Below the pieces are notes generated by a model. That model did no database searches. It was not told the DNA's origin and saw only the letters and a program-made list of their open reading frames with translations. From a virus (taxonomy: Duplodnaviria > Caudoviricetes), in IMG/VR virus record IMGVR_UViG_3300020190_004289, positions 1-62,123 of that record: 62,123 nucleotides of DNA, one strand, 5' to 3'. Shown here in pieces: positions 17,061-27,132 of the stretch. Both the position numbers and the translations under genes were made by a program. Position 1 is the stretch's first letter, and every line of letters starts with the position of its first letter.

Positions 17061-17623
17061 TAGTATTTTTTCCTTATTTCTGTCCAGACGGTATTTTTGG
17101 ATGCACCTTCAAAACTTTCAACTGGTAATTGTGAAGCAATAATCCAATCTGGAAACGGTACTCTTAAAAACCTTGTTTGTATATTATCGTTAAGATATCT
17201 TCTTACACAAGCTCTAGCTGGTGCCAATTTTGAGGCACTTTCTAATATTCTCCACGAAAAGTTTAATTTTGTAGTTTCATCCATCTTTTCGTTGTTTGTA
17301 TAATCTGATAAAAAACCTAAAATTCTAAATCTTAAAAGGTAGGGTAGATAATGTAAGTTAAGTCCAACAAACCCACCACTAAACTTCCTAAAGGGTAATA
17401 CTAATGGAAACAAATCGTAAAAAGGAAGCTTATCCTTTAGCTTAGGATCATAACCAAACAAATACATTTCACCGGGAAAAATGTTATTTACCAACTTTCC
17501 CTCCCTCATAAGTTGGGTAGTTTGAATTCTACCTAACTTCCTTATTTGAGTTTGATACCATTGAGAAGATCTCTCAACATCTCCTGCCTGTGTTCTTAAG
17601 GTTGAAAAAACGTTATTAGCCAT
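17060..17623 (-). CDS. gp2: DNA end protector gp2
   Basis: GEMYLFGYDPKLKDKLPFYDLFPLV and GLNLHYLP. Confidence 0.92.
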   Translation of the reverse strand: MANNVFSTLRTQAGDVERSSQWYQTQIRKLGRIQTTQLMREGKLVNNIFPGEMYLFGYDPKLKDKLPFYDLFPLVLPFRKFSGGFVGLNLHYLPYLLRFRILGFLSDYTNNEKMDETTKLNFSWRILESASKLAPARACVRRYLNDNIQTRFLRVPFPDWIIASQLPVESFEGASKNTVWTEIRKKY

Positions 17624-18072
17624 TATTTTTTAATACCAAGATCTTTTTCCGTTAGTACTAGAAATTTCCAACCTCTGTCTTCGCAAAAAATATTTGCTGC
17701 CTTCCATTTTGATTGATTAACTCCATAAGTAAAAACTTCTTCAATAAATTTCTTAGTTTGTTTTTGTGGAATTAGAGGAGGCTTAGTAAATCTTTCTGGT
17801 TTAATTTCTATTAAATATTTTGTAATTAGTCCGTTTTTATCTAAAACCTTAATATAAAAATCTACAAAATAACGATGTATCTTATTATCTACTGGTGATT
17901 TATATGGAATAACCATAGTTTCTGACCCCCACTCTAATATGGAAGAGTTGAAATCACACCATTTCATAAATTTGAATTCCCAGGACGATCTATAGATTAC
18001 ATCAAACACATCACCTTTGTATTTTTTAGGGTTTTGTATTCTATACCGCCCTTTATAAGTTTCTTTGTACAT
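17623..18072 (-). CDS. gp4: Head completion nuclease gp4
   Basis: NPKKYKGD, YRSSWE, WGSE, HRYFVDF, IEIKP and VNQSKWKAA. Confidence 0.93.
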   Translation of the reverse strand: MYKETYKGRYRIQNPKKYKGDVFDVIYRSSWEFKFMKWCDFNSSILEWGSETMVIPYKSPVDNKIHRYFVDFYIKVLDKNGLITKYLIEIKPERFTKPPLIPQKQTKKFIEEVFTYGVNQSKWKAANIFCEDRGWKFLVLTEKDLGIKK

Positions 18073-18078
18073 TTCACA

Positions 18079-18106
18079 ATAAATATAAAGTCCTCAATTT
18101 ATTTAT
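18079..18106. promoter_or_regulatory. Pair of T4-type late promoters for the divergent gp48 and gp4 operons
   Basis: ATAAATA on + at 18079-18085 and on - at 18100-18106. Confidence 0.65.
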
Positions 18107-18115
18107 CCAAAAAAA

Positions 18116-19243
18116 ATGCCAGTTTACTACGAAGATTTTGAAAGAACAATTGAAACTAATGTTGAAAAGTACAGAACTTCGCCATTTGATCCAAAACTCA
18201 ATGTTTTTCAATATCCCGAAGGATTAGGATCGACGGATAATTTTAAGCAATTTGTACTTTTTAATATAAACGTTAGAGGTAAATCTAAGTTTAATAGGGA
18301 TCAAAGACTCGAGGTGGTAATAAGAGAAGATTCTGCTCAACTTTCCGAAGATCAACTATCTCAAGCTGCCACCGCTACAGCTGCTTTAGCTGGTGCTGCT
18401 GCTGGTGCTGGAATAGCTAGTCTAGCATTAAACTTTGCCGGTAAATTAAACGAAAAAGAAAAAGCTACAGGTTCCAACTATAGGCCAGCTGGATCGGGTG
18501 GATTAAAAGATACTCTTATTAAAGGTTCAGGTGCTGCTGCTGGTGCATTGACTGGAGTAGCTTTGGCTAAATCGGAAATGCTTAAACCCGATACCACCTA
18601 TAGAATAAAAGATGCAATTGCGTTGTATATTAATGACCCTCCTTCTGTGAGATACAACGCTCAGTATAGCAATAAAGAATTAGGGACACTGGCTGGTATA
18701 GTAGGATCGATATCGAGTATTGATTCAATGGCATCTGCTTTGAAGGCAGGAGGGGAAGCTGGAGCAGCGATAGCTTTAAATTTTGCCAAAGTGCCTTCTG
18801 CGTTGGGCATTGGGTCTCCAGCTGAAATTTTAGGAGCTTCTGCTAAAGTTGCATTAAATCCATTCAAAGAAGTTTTATTTGAGTCTATTGATTTCAGATC
18901 ATTTTCATTTAAGTATAGATTTTTACCTAAAAGTGAATCAGAATCAAAGCATGTAAAATCTATAATTGATAAATTTAAATTCCACATGCATCCGGAACTG
19001 AGTACTAATAAACTATTTTTTATATATCCATCTGAGTTTCAAATTTCATATTTCTATAAAGATAAAAAGAATGAGTATTTACACAATTTTAAACCTTGCG
19101 TATTAGAATCTATGGATGTTACATATGGGGGAGATACTTACTCTAGTTTTTTAGATACCGGATATCCAACAGAAGTAAACTTATCTCTCACGTTTAGGGA
19201 AACTGAAATTCTTACGAAAGATCAAATTGACAAAGGCTTCTAA
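18116..19243 (+). CDS. gp48: Baseplate tail-tube cap gp48
   Basis: NPFKEVLFESIDFRSFSFKYRFLPKSESE, YPSEFQI and LTFRETEILT. Confidence 0.9.
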   Translation: MPVYYEDFERTIETNVEKYRTSPFDPKLNVFQYPEGLGSTDNFKQFVLFNINVRGKSKFNRDQRLEVVIREDSAQLSEDQLSQAATATAALAGAAAGAGIASLALNFAGKLNEKEKATGSNYRPAGSGGLKDTLIKGSGAAAGALTGVALAKSEMLKPDTTYRIKDAIALYINDPPSVRYNAQYSNKELGTLAGIVGSISSIDSMASALKAGGEAGAAIALNFAKVPSALGIGSPAEILGASAKVALNPFKEVLFESIDFRSFSFKYRFLPKSESESKHVKSIIDKFKFHMHPELSTNKLFFIYPSEFQISYFYKDKKNEYLHNFKPCVLESMDVTYGGDTYSSFLDTGYPTEVNLSLTFRETEILTKDQIDKGF

Positions 19244-19944
19244 TGTATTTTACTAATTTACCTACCACTTACTTTACTTTAGATGATAGAACTTCTGTTC
19301 AAATTGTTACCAATATTTTAATGCGGACAATTTTTACAGATGAATTAAAAGATAATTTTTCTTTGTATGATGAGTATGATATCGTAGATGGAGAAACGCC
19401 TGAAATAACTGCATTTAAAATTTATGGTAATTCAGAACTACATTGGATAATTTTACACACTAATGATATTATTGACCCTAGATTTGATTGGGTACTATCT
19501 CAAACTCAACTTAAAACATATGTGGAATCTAAGTACGGAAATATCAACGCCGTGCATCATTATGTAAATAACCAAGGTCACACGGTTTCTGGAAATGTGG
19601 TGTTGAATGGATCTACTTTTACTACTTACCAGGTTGGAGATGTGGTTTATAATTTAGGAAATGCCGGTGAAGGGTACATCACATCTAAGCCAACTAACAC
19701 ACAAATTATTGTTACAGCCTCTAAAGGAGGCTTTCAAGCTACTAACGTAGTTACAAACAATTTAACTAGTTTTAGTAATGTCACTATCTCCAACGTTACT
19801 ATAGTGTCAGGTACTCCAGTTACAAATTTTAATTTTGAAGACGAGGCAAATGAATCAAAGCGAAGAATTAAAATTTTAAAACCACAGTATATACAAAAAG
19901 TTATAAACGATTTTCAATCAAAGATGTCTGATATAAATGTCTAA
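19243..19944 (+). CDS. gp53: Baseplate wedge gp53
   Basis: YDIVDGETPE...YGNSELHWIIL...DW and NESKRRIKILKP. Confidence 0.9.
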   Translation: MYFTNLPTTYFTLDDRTSVQIVTNILMRTIFTDELKDNFSLYDEYDIVDGETPEITAFKIYGNSELHWIILHTNDIIDPRFDWVLSQTQLKTYVESKYGNINAVHHYVNNQGHTVSGNVVLNGSTFTTYQVGDVVYNLGNAGEGYITSKPTNTQIIVTASKGGFQATNVVTNNLTSFSNVTISNVTIVSGTPVTNFNFEDEANESKRRIKILKPQYIQKVINDFQSKMSDINV

Positions 19945-21289
19945 TGCTGCAGGATTACAAAAAGCTGGTGCTGTTGAGATAACTGAGCTAAATCTAATTA
20001 GCAGTAAAAACACTGTATTTGATTTAAAAGAATTTTTAGTAGAATTCAATCTTTACGAGGATATTTTTTCCAACAACCTTTATGGCGATATACTACTTTC
20101 TGATAGTAGGAACCTAATTGACTTAGTACCAATTATTGGAGAAGAATATTTAAATGTGGAGTTTGTTACTCCATCGTTTAAAGAAGCAGGTCATTTTATT
20201 AAGAAAACATTTAGAGTATTTAAAGTAAGTAATAGAAAGATTGTTAGGGATAATAATACTCAATTGTTTGTTTTACATTTTGTTTCAATGGAATTGATTT
20301 ATGATATTCAATTGCCTTTATTTAAAAGTTTTAAAGGTAAGGGTCATCAAATAGTAAATGATTTGTACTTTGACTATCTTGCAGCAAGTAGAAATTTTTT
20401 AATTAATGAAAAAGGACTAAATTTAGAAACTCCCGCAACAACTTTAGTAACCATAAACGAAACAAGCAATGATATAAAGTTTGTATCTCCGGGTTGGACT
20501 CCTTTTAGATGCATAAACTGGATAGCTACTAAATCTATTCCTAGCAACGGAAAAGCTAATAACTTTTTATTTTTTGAAACTAACAGAGCTTTTTATTTTG
20601 GTTCTTTAGAAACCATTTACAAGGATGCAATAGAAAATAAAAATATATTGGGTGTTTATACTCTAGCTCCTAATAATATTAGAGAAAAAGGTGCTGTTGA
20701 TATAATGAGGGAATTAACTCTTGTTCAATCGGTTGAAATGATAGAATCGACAGATCATATAAAAAATTACACCAATGGATATCTAGCTAATAGATTAATT
20801 ACTCTAGATATATTAAATAAAAAATACGAGCAGTTTGATTATGATTACGTTAGCGATTATGCTAACCACTATCACACATCAGGGAAGGGCAATTTAGCTA
20901 AACCAAATTTTGATATTAATGGCCCTAGAAATCCTGCATCAAGTATTAGTTTTTATCCAATTAACTCAAAATTGTTTAATGATTTTAAAGGTAATGTTAG
21001 TGAGAAGATAAAAGATATTTACGGTAACAGAAAATCTAGTATGATTGGTACTACCAACATAAAATTAAATTTAGCTGTACCAGGAAGAACAGATATAGAG
21101 GCTGGAAGAATGATTTATTTTAAATTTCCTGCTCTTGGTCCAGCGTCTGAGGAAGATCTTAATATGGATAAAATAGATAAAGAGTATTCGGGATATTATT
21201 TAATTACAGCTATTCATCATAGAGTGACATTCCAAGAACATACAATGTCGATGGAAGTAATTAAAGATTCACTAAGGATTGAGGAATAA
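19937..21289 (+). CDS. Baseplate hub protein (gp27-like)
   Basis: LYEDIF, PIIGEE, FLFFET and YSGYYLITAIHH; lies between gp53 and gp5. Confidence 0.65.
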   Translation: MSNAAGLQKAGAVEITELNLISSKNTVFDLKEFLVEFNLYEDIFSNNLYGDILLSDSRNLIDLVPIIGEEYLNVEFVTPSFKEAGHFIKKTFRVFKVSNRKIVRDNNTQLFVLHFVSMELIYDIQLPLFKSFKGKGHQIVNDLYFDYLAASRNFLINEKGLNLETPATTLVTINETSNDIKFVSPGWTPFRCINWIATKSIPSNGKANNFLFFETNRAFYFGSLETIYKDAIENKNILGVYTLAPNNIREKGAVDIMRELTLVQSVEMIESTDHIKNYTNGYLANRLITLDILNKKYEQFDYDYVSDYANHYHTSGKGNLAKPNFDINGPRNPASSISFYPINSKLFNDFKGNVSEKIKDIYGNRKSSMIGTTNIKLNLAVPGRTDIEAGRMIYFKFPALGPASEEDLNMDKIDKEYSGYYLITAIHHRVTFQEHTMSMEVIKDSLRIEE

Positions 21290-22371
21290 TGCAGAAGATA
21301 TTTAATAAGGATGGGTTTAATTGGTGGATTGGTGTAGTAGAAGATAGAATGGATCCGGAAAAGGCTGGTCGTGTAAGAATTAGAATTTATGGTTATCATA
21401 CCGACGATAAAGTACTACTTCCTACTGAAGACCTTCCTTGGGCAATCCCAATCATGCCCATCACTTCAGCTGCAACTTCCGGAATTGGAACCACTCCTTT
21501 AGGTTTAGTTACAGGATCATGGGTTATTGGATTTTTCCTAGACGGTGAAGATATGCAGCAGCCGGCAATATTTGGAACCATTGGTACTATGACAGCAGAT
21601 TTAATATTTAAACAAACGGAAGAGGTACCAGAAGTAGTTAACAAAAACGATGGTAAATTAAAGGATGAAAAGGGACAAACAGTTGTAGATAAAAACAATA
21701 ACCCCGTTCCTGCAGGAGTGCCTCCAGTTGCAGGTTGGGAATTGGGTCAAACATCTGAAAAGTATGAGTCTGCTGGAAAGGGTCCAGGTACTATTAATCC
21801 TTATAAAACATCCGAAGATAGAGGTGGAGCTTCGTATGGTACATATCAATTTGCTTCCTTCTTACCTGAAACTACTCCTTCTGGAAAAGCAAGACCTTCG
21901 AGTAAAAATTCTCCAGTACTTTCATTTTTAAAATCGTCTAAATTTAAAAATAAGTTTGAGGGACTAATTCCAGCAACAGCAGAATTTGATAGTATGTGGA
22001 AAAGTATATCTTCCCAATACCCAACTGAGTTTGATGATGATCAACACGATTATGTAAAGAAAACTTATTATGATGTTATGATAACTAACCTTCAAAGAAA
22101 AGGTTTAGATCTAACCAACTTTGGACCTTCAGTTCAAGATTTAGTTTGGAGCACCGCTGTACAATTTGGTCCAAGCAGAACAAGTATATTCTTAGACAGT
22201 TTATCTGGTAAGTCAGAACTTACGGATAAAGATATTGTAGAGATTGTATCTGAATACAAAATTGCCAATGCTCCAACATTCTTTAAAAGTAGTGGTCAAA
22301 ATATTATTGCTGGTGTTCAAACTAGATATAAAAACGAAAAATCTGATCTTAATAAATTAATAACGGTGTAA
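21289..22371 (+). CDS. gp5: gp5 N-terminal OB-fold fused to a lysozyme-like domain
   Basis: WWIGVVEDRMDP..GRVRIR, DLPWA and GFFLDG, followed by LGQTSEKYES...GGASYGTYQF...WSTAVQFG. Confidence 0.85.
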   Translation: MQKIFNKDGFNWWIGVVEDRMDPEKAGRVRIRIYGYHTDDKVLLPTEDLPWAIPIMPITSAATSGIGTTPLGLVTGSWVIGFFLDGEDMQQPAIFGTIGTMTADLIFKQTEEVPEVVNKNDGKLKDEKGQTVVDKNNNPVPAGVPPVAGWELGQTSEKYESAGKGPGTINPYKTSEDRGGASYGTYQFASFLPETTPSGKARPSSKNSPVLSFLKSSKFKNKFEGLIPATAEFDSMWKSISSQYPTEFDDDQHDYVKKTYYDVMITNLQRKGLDLTNFGPSVQDLVWSTAVQFGPSRTSIFLDSLSGKSELTDKDIVEIVSEYKIANAPTFFKSSGQNIIAGVQTRYKNEKSDLNKLITV

Positions 22372-22372
22372 A

Positions 22373-24598
22373 ATGCCAGTAGATAAAATTACCCAGCTCA
22401 GAGATGTTCTTATCCAACAATCTCAAAACCTACCCTCTTATCAATCATTACCTCCTTACACAAAGGGAATTATTAATGGCGTAATTGAAAAGACTGCTGG
22501 TGAAACTGCTACAAGAATTAACGACGACGTTGAGAATTTATCTAATAAGCAAATTAACGAGATTGGCCAACAAATAATTGGTCCAAGCAATCCTTTAGAT
22601 ATTGTCAATGGAAACCTATCCTCCTCTGATGTATCAAAAGTACTTGCCCCGATAGCTTCAGATAAATTACTTAAAGGAATTGAGAGTGAGTTTACATTTA
22701 AAATATTAAACGGATTAAACAATCAACTACCTCCTTCATTGAGAGGATTAGTTGATGTTAATACCCTTGCTTCTTCTATTACTTCTGGTGGAGTAATTGG
22801 TAAAGGTATAAATTCAGCTTTAAATACCTACACAACAGATTTAATGAGTGGAGCTAAAAAAGTAGTTCCTTTTTCTGAAAATGTATCAGAGGAATTTTCT
22901 AGAAATCCAGAAAAAGCTTTAGAGAATATTAATAAGGCTTTTGACAATCAAATATCTTCAAAGGCTTTAGAAGAAGCTAAAAAGTTTGATATTAATACTA
23001 GCGACAACCGAGAAAAACTTTTAGTTCAAGTAAAAGGGTTTATAGATCCACAAGCAACATTTCCTACTAAAGAATATAAAGGTAAGCCTGAAACAAATAA
23101 GTTAGCTCGAGGCGATTTAATTGGCACCATAGTTCAGGCTAAAGAAAAAGATAGACTTAAAGGAATATCCTTACCTTTTGATCAATCTTGGGATCAGCCA
23201 CCAATACCTTATAAAGCTCAGTATCCCTTTAACAAGGTTACACAAACAGAATCTGGCCATGTAATTGAAATTGATGATACTGATGGAGCAGAGCGAATTC
23301 ACTTGTATCACAAAAGTGGTACATTTATTGAAATAGATGCTAATGGGTCTGTAGTTACTCGTAAAAAAGGTTCTTCTTATGAAATAATAGACAAAAATGG
23401 GTACATTTCCGTAGCGGGGGATGCTTCTTTGTCTGTAAGAGGGGGAGTAAAGATTTATGTTGGTGAAGATGCAGACATAGAAGTACAGGGAGATGTGAAT
23501 TTAAAATGTCTTAACGATATCACAATGCAAGCTGCTGGAAGGATTGACTTATCAGCAAGTGAAGAAATTAATCTTAGAAGTGCAAATGTGAATATTGAAG
23601 CTGACTACGAATTAAGTTTAAAAGGTGATAGCAATGTTTTAGTCTCTTGCAATGATTATTATTTTAAAGCCAACAACGATAGCTATCACCAAGTATTAAA
23701 TAATCATTACATTTATGTAAATAAGAATTTGTATAATCAGGCACTAGGCGAAATTCATCTCAAAGCTAGTAGCACTATTAACGCTGATGGTTCAGCTGTT
23801 CATTTAAATTCTAGTACTGCATCTGATTCTAAACAATCAATTTATTCTTACAATGCTAACATTGGTTTAATTGGTACTAGAAAGGATATTGTATATGAAT
23901 CTGTACCCGATCCAATATCAGCCAACTACTTAGATGAGAAAGGATATAAGTCAGAGGATGTGGAATTACCTTCTGAATTGAAAAAAGATCAAGAAGCTTT
24001 AAAACAGCTTGGTATAGCTTCCTCTTCAGATTTAAATCAATCAGCTATACCCATAGAGTCGGAAACTCCTAAATCAAATAGAAATGATATTATTAAGCCA
24101 GATGATTCACTATTGACACAAAGTTACTTACCAGACAATTATCAATTATCTAAGCATTTTACTTTAGGAGATTTATCCTCCAGGGCAGTGGTGACAAAAA
24201 ACCCAGTACAAGCTCAGGCAGGATTAACATACGGTCAAATTGTTTACAACTTAGCAGCAATAGCTTTAAATGTGTTAGAGCCTTTAATTGCATTGTACCC
24301 AAAGGCAAAAGTTACATCTGCTTATAGATCAGCGTCTGGTTCTTCCTCTACATCCCAACACCCTAAAGGTCAGGCTGCAGATATTCAAATTCCTGGAATA
24401 GCAAAAGGAGAGTATTATGAAGTAGCTAAGAAATTATCTACACAATTAAATTATGATCAATTATTATTAGAATATAAAACCTATGGCACTGGATTACCCT
24501 GGATTCATATTTCTTTTGATGTTAATAAACCCAGAAAAGTTGTGATGACGTTCTTTAATGATAAAAAACATTCAGACGGTTTGTCTAATTTAGCTTAA
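22373..24598 (+). CDS. gp5 C-terminal beta-helix part fused to a peptidase M15A domain
   Basis: YPFNKVTQTESGHVIEIDDT..AERIHLYHKSGTF and VxG repeats; C-terminal SQHPKGQAAD and WIHISF. Confidence 0.85.
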   Translation: MPVDKITQLRDVLIQQSQNLPSYQSLPPYTKGIINGVIEKTAGETATRINDDVENLSNKQINEIGQQIIGPSNPLDIVNGNLSSSDVSKVLAPIASDKLLKGIESEFTFKILNGLNNQLPPSLRGLVDVNTLASSITSGGVIGKGINSALNTYTTDLMSGAKKVVPFSENVSEEFSRNPEKALENINKAFDNQISSKALEEAKKFDINTSDNREKLLVQVKGFIDPQATFPTKEYKGKPETNKLARGDLIGTIVQAKEKDRLKGISLPFDQSWDQPPIPYKAQYPFNKVTQTESGHVIEIDDTDGAERIHLYHKSGTFIEIDANGSVVTRKKGSSYEIIDKNGYISVAGDASLSVRGGVKIYVGEDADIEVQGDVNLKCLNDITMQAAGRIDLSASEEINLRSANVNIEADYELSLKGDSNVLVSCNDYYFKANNDSYHQVLNNHYIYVNKNLYNQALGEIHLKASSTINADGSAVHLNSSTASDSKQSIYSYNANIGLIGTRKDIVYESVPDPISANYLDEKGYKSEDVELPSELKKDQEALKQLGIASSSDLNQSAIPIESETPKSNRNDIIKPDDSLLTQSYLPDNYQLSKHFTLGDLSSRAVVTKNPVQAQAGLTYGQIVYNLAAIALNVLEPLIALYPKAKVTSAYRSASGSSSTSQHPKGQAADIQIPGIAKGEYYEVAKKLSTQLNYDQLLLEYKTYGTGLPWIHISFDVNKPRKVVMTFFNDKKHSDGLSNLA

Positions 24599-24599
24599 C

Positions 24600-24863
24600 A
24601 TGCCCGGTATAGCTAGAGTAGGTGTAGATTCGGCAGGAGGAACTATATTAGGTGGAGGTCAATCTACTGTATTTTGTAATGGTAGTTTAATTGCAGTTTT
24701 AGGAGATGCTGTGCAGGGTCACGGTACTGGTCCTCATAGTAGTCCAGTAATGGCTCAAGCATCAACAAATGTTTTTGCTGGAGGAAAAGGAGTTTGTAGA
24801 CAAGGGGATCAAGCTTCGTGTGGACATGTAGCTACAGGTTCTTCTAATACGTTTGCAAATTAA
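24600..24863 (+). CDS. PAAR spike-tip protein (gp5.4-like)
   Basis: IARVG, IAVLGD, VCRQGD and CGH. Confidence 0.9.
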   Translation: MPGIARVGVDSAGGTILGGGQSTVFCNGSLIAVLGDAVQGHGTGPHSSPVMAQASTNVFAGGKGVCRQGDQASCGHVATGSSNTFAN

Positions 24864-24876
24864 TAATTTTTTAGCG

Positions 24877-24883
24877 ATAAATA
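24877..24883 (+). promoter_or_regulatory. Late promoter
   Basis: ATAAATA just upstream of the gp25 ATG. Confidence 0.55.
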
Positions 24884-24888
24884 ATAGT

Positions 24889-25287
24889 ATGCCTATAAAT
24901 CGAAAAACAAGAGAATATACAGACTTTAACTTACTTTTTACAACAAATCCTGCTACTGGGGATCTTACTAAAAAGTCAGACGAAGAAGCTATTAAAGCGT
25001 CTGTAAGAAACTTAATTCAAACTAAAAATTTTGAACGTCCATTTCATCCAGAAATAGGTTCTCAAATTTATTCGTTGGTTTTTGAAAACTTTTCGCCCGT
25101 AATAGCGCAAGTTATGAAAAAAACTATTTTTGATACCATAGAGAAATTTGAACCTAGAGTAAGTGTAACCGACGTGAGAATACAAGAAAGACCTGATTCT
25201 AACGAGCTTAGTGTTGACATACAATTTTTAATTAATAGCTCCGATAAACTAGTTACTTTAAAAACATCAATTCAAAGAGTACGATAA
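24889..25287 (+). CDS. gp25: Baseplate wedge gp25
   Basis: AIKASVRNLI..ERPFHPEIGS and EKFEPRV; the ATG at 24889 is preferred over 24853. Confidence 0.93.
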   Translation: MPINRKTREYTDFNLLFTTNPATGDLTKKSDEEAIKASVRNLIQTKNFERPFHPEIGSQIYSLVFENFSPVIAQVMKKTIFDTIEKFEPRVSVTDVRIQERPDSNELSVDIQFLINSSDKLVTLKTSIQRVR

Positions 25288-27131
25288 TGGCGAATCTTAG
25301 AATAGCGGAGCTGGATTTTGACACCATCAAGTCAAATCTAAAATCTTTTTTACAATCTCAAAATGAATTTACAGACTTTGATTTTGAAGGGTCTAGTCTT
25401 TCGGTTTTAATTGATCTTTTAGCATATAATACTCACTACAATGCGTATCTTGCAAACATGGTAGTTAACGAGATGTTTTTAGATTCTGCTGTAAAGAGAT
25501 CCTCTGCTGTTTCTCTTGCTAAACAATTGGGATACACGCCCAGATCGATTAGGAGTGCTAGAGCGGTTTTAAACGTTGTGGTTAACAATCCTCCAGGAAA
25601 CCCTGAAACCATTACTTTAGATAGATACACTCCTTTTACTGTTACACTTAATGATACTTCATATACTTTCTATAATCTTTTTCCAATCACTGTTACTAAG
25701 TTATTCAGTGGTGAATATGTTTTTTCAAATTTAGAGGTTGTAGAAGGAACTCCTTTAAGTATTTCCTATGTTGTAGCAAATCCTGGTACTGAAGAAAAAT
25801 TTGAAATACCTTCTCCGACAGTTGACACATCTACCCTCTTAGTTACAGTCCAAAATTCCTCTTCCAATACATCTTCTACAGCTTTTATTATTAGTGACAA
25901 CATAGCAAATGTTTCTTCTAATTCTAGAGTTTATTTTTTAGAAGAAAATCCTTTTGAAAAATATCAAATATATTTTGGAGATGATGTTATAGGTAAAAAG
26001 CTATCAAATGGAAATATTGTAACAATAAGATACCTTTCTTCACAAGGTGGAGCAGCAAATTCTTCCAACTTAACTAATCAACAATTTACCACCACATCAA
26101 TAGCTGGTACGAGTAATGTTATAATATCTACTGTTACTAATCCACATGCAGGCTCTGCTAAGGAAAGCATTGGTTCTATTAAATTCAATGCCCCTAGAAT
26201 GTATTCCACAAAAAATAGAGCAGTAACTTCTACAGATTATGAATCTTTAATTTATTCTAATTTTTTAGATGCCGAATCAGTGTCAGTGTGGGGAGGAGAG
26301 GAAAATGATCCACCATATTACGGTAAAGTTTTAATTTCACTCAAACCCTACGATGGTTATACCATATCTCAAGCTACTAAAGATTATATAATTGAAAATG
26401 TACTTAAAGACAAAAAAGTATTATCTATACAACCAGAATTTATTGATCCTGAATACAATCACGTAAATTTAAAAGTTTATGTTGATTATGATTCTTACTC
26501 AACAACAAAAACCACAAGTCAAATAGAATTTATAGTTAGAAATACAATTCAAACATATTTTGCAAACGAGCTTCAAAAGTTTAATAAAAATTTTAATAAA
26601 TCAACTTTAATTAAACTTTTACTCGAATCAGATTCAGCTATTTCATCTGTAATTATTACAATTAAATTACAGAAAAGATTTAACATTACTTTAAATGCTG
26701 AAAATGCTTTTATTGGAGATGATGTAATTAAATTTCAAAATGCAGTAATTCCTGGATCTATAAACAGTTCTAGATTTTTTATTAACAATTCTAATACTAC
26801 AACTATTTCTAAAATTATTGATATTCCAAATAACAGTCCTCCAGATAATCTTGGATCAGGCACTTTTAGATTAATAAATGCCGAATCAGGTGCAATTCTT
26901 AAACCTAATGTTGGTACAGTTAATTACGGAACTGGTTTAGTTAATATTGATGGTTTTACACCTACTGCTCTTCCTAATAACATTTTTGACTTTAGAATTA
27001 CAGGATCTGTACAGGAAACAAATCATAATATTCAGACAAGCAAAAATGAAATTCTAGTTTTAGATGATAGTTCTAACGACGCTTTTGCTGGATTAGAAGC
27101 TGGTTTAACAGTTTTTGTAACAGCAGTTTAA
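25287..27131 (+). CDS. gp6: Baseplate wedge gp6
   Basis: LDFDTIK, DFDFEGS, LAYNTHY, EMFLDSA and NRAVTSTDY. Confidence 0.95.
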   Translation: MANLRIAELDFDTIKSNLKSFLQSQNEFTDFDFEGSSLSVLIDLLAYNTHYNAYLANMVVNEMFLDSAVKRSSAVSLAKQLGYTPRSIRSARAVLNVVVNNPPGNPETITLDRYTPFTVTLNDTSYTFYNLFPITVTKLFSGEYVFSNLEVVEGTPLSISYVVANPGTEEKFEIPSPTVDTSTLLVTVQNSSSNTSSTAFIISDNIANVSSNSRVYFLEENPFEKYQIYFGDDVIGKKLSNGNIVTIRYLSSQGGAANSSNLTNQQFTTTSIAGTSNVIISTVTNPHAGSAKESIGSIKFNAPRMYSTKNRAVTSTDYESLIYSNFLDAESVSVWGGEENDPPYYGKVLISLKPYDGYTISQATKDYIIENVLKDKKVLSIQPEFIDPEYNHVNLKVYVDYDSYSTTKTTSQIEFIVRNTIQTYFANELQKFNKNFNKSTLIKLLLESDSAISSVIITIKLQKRFNITLNAENAFIGDDVIKFQNAVIPGSINSSRFFINNSNTTTISKIIDIPNNSPPDNLGSGTFRLINAESGAILKPNVGTVNYGTGLVNIDGFTPTALPNNIFDFRITGSVQETNHNIQTSKNEILVLDDSSNDAFAGLEAGLTVFVTAV

Positions 27132-27132
27132 G

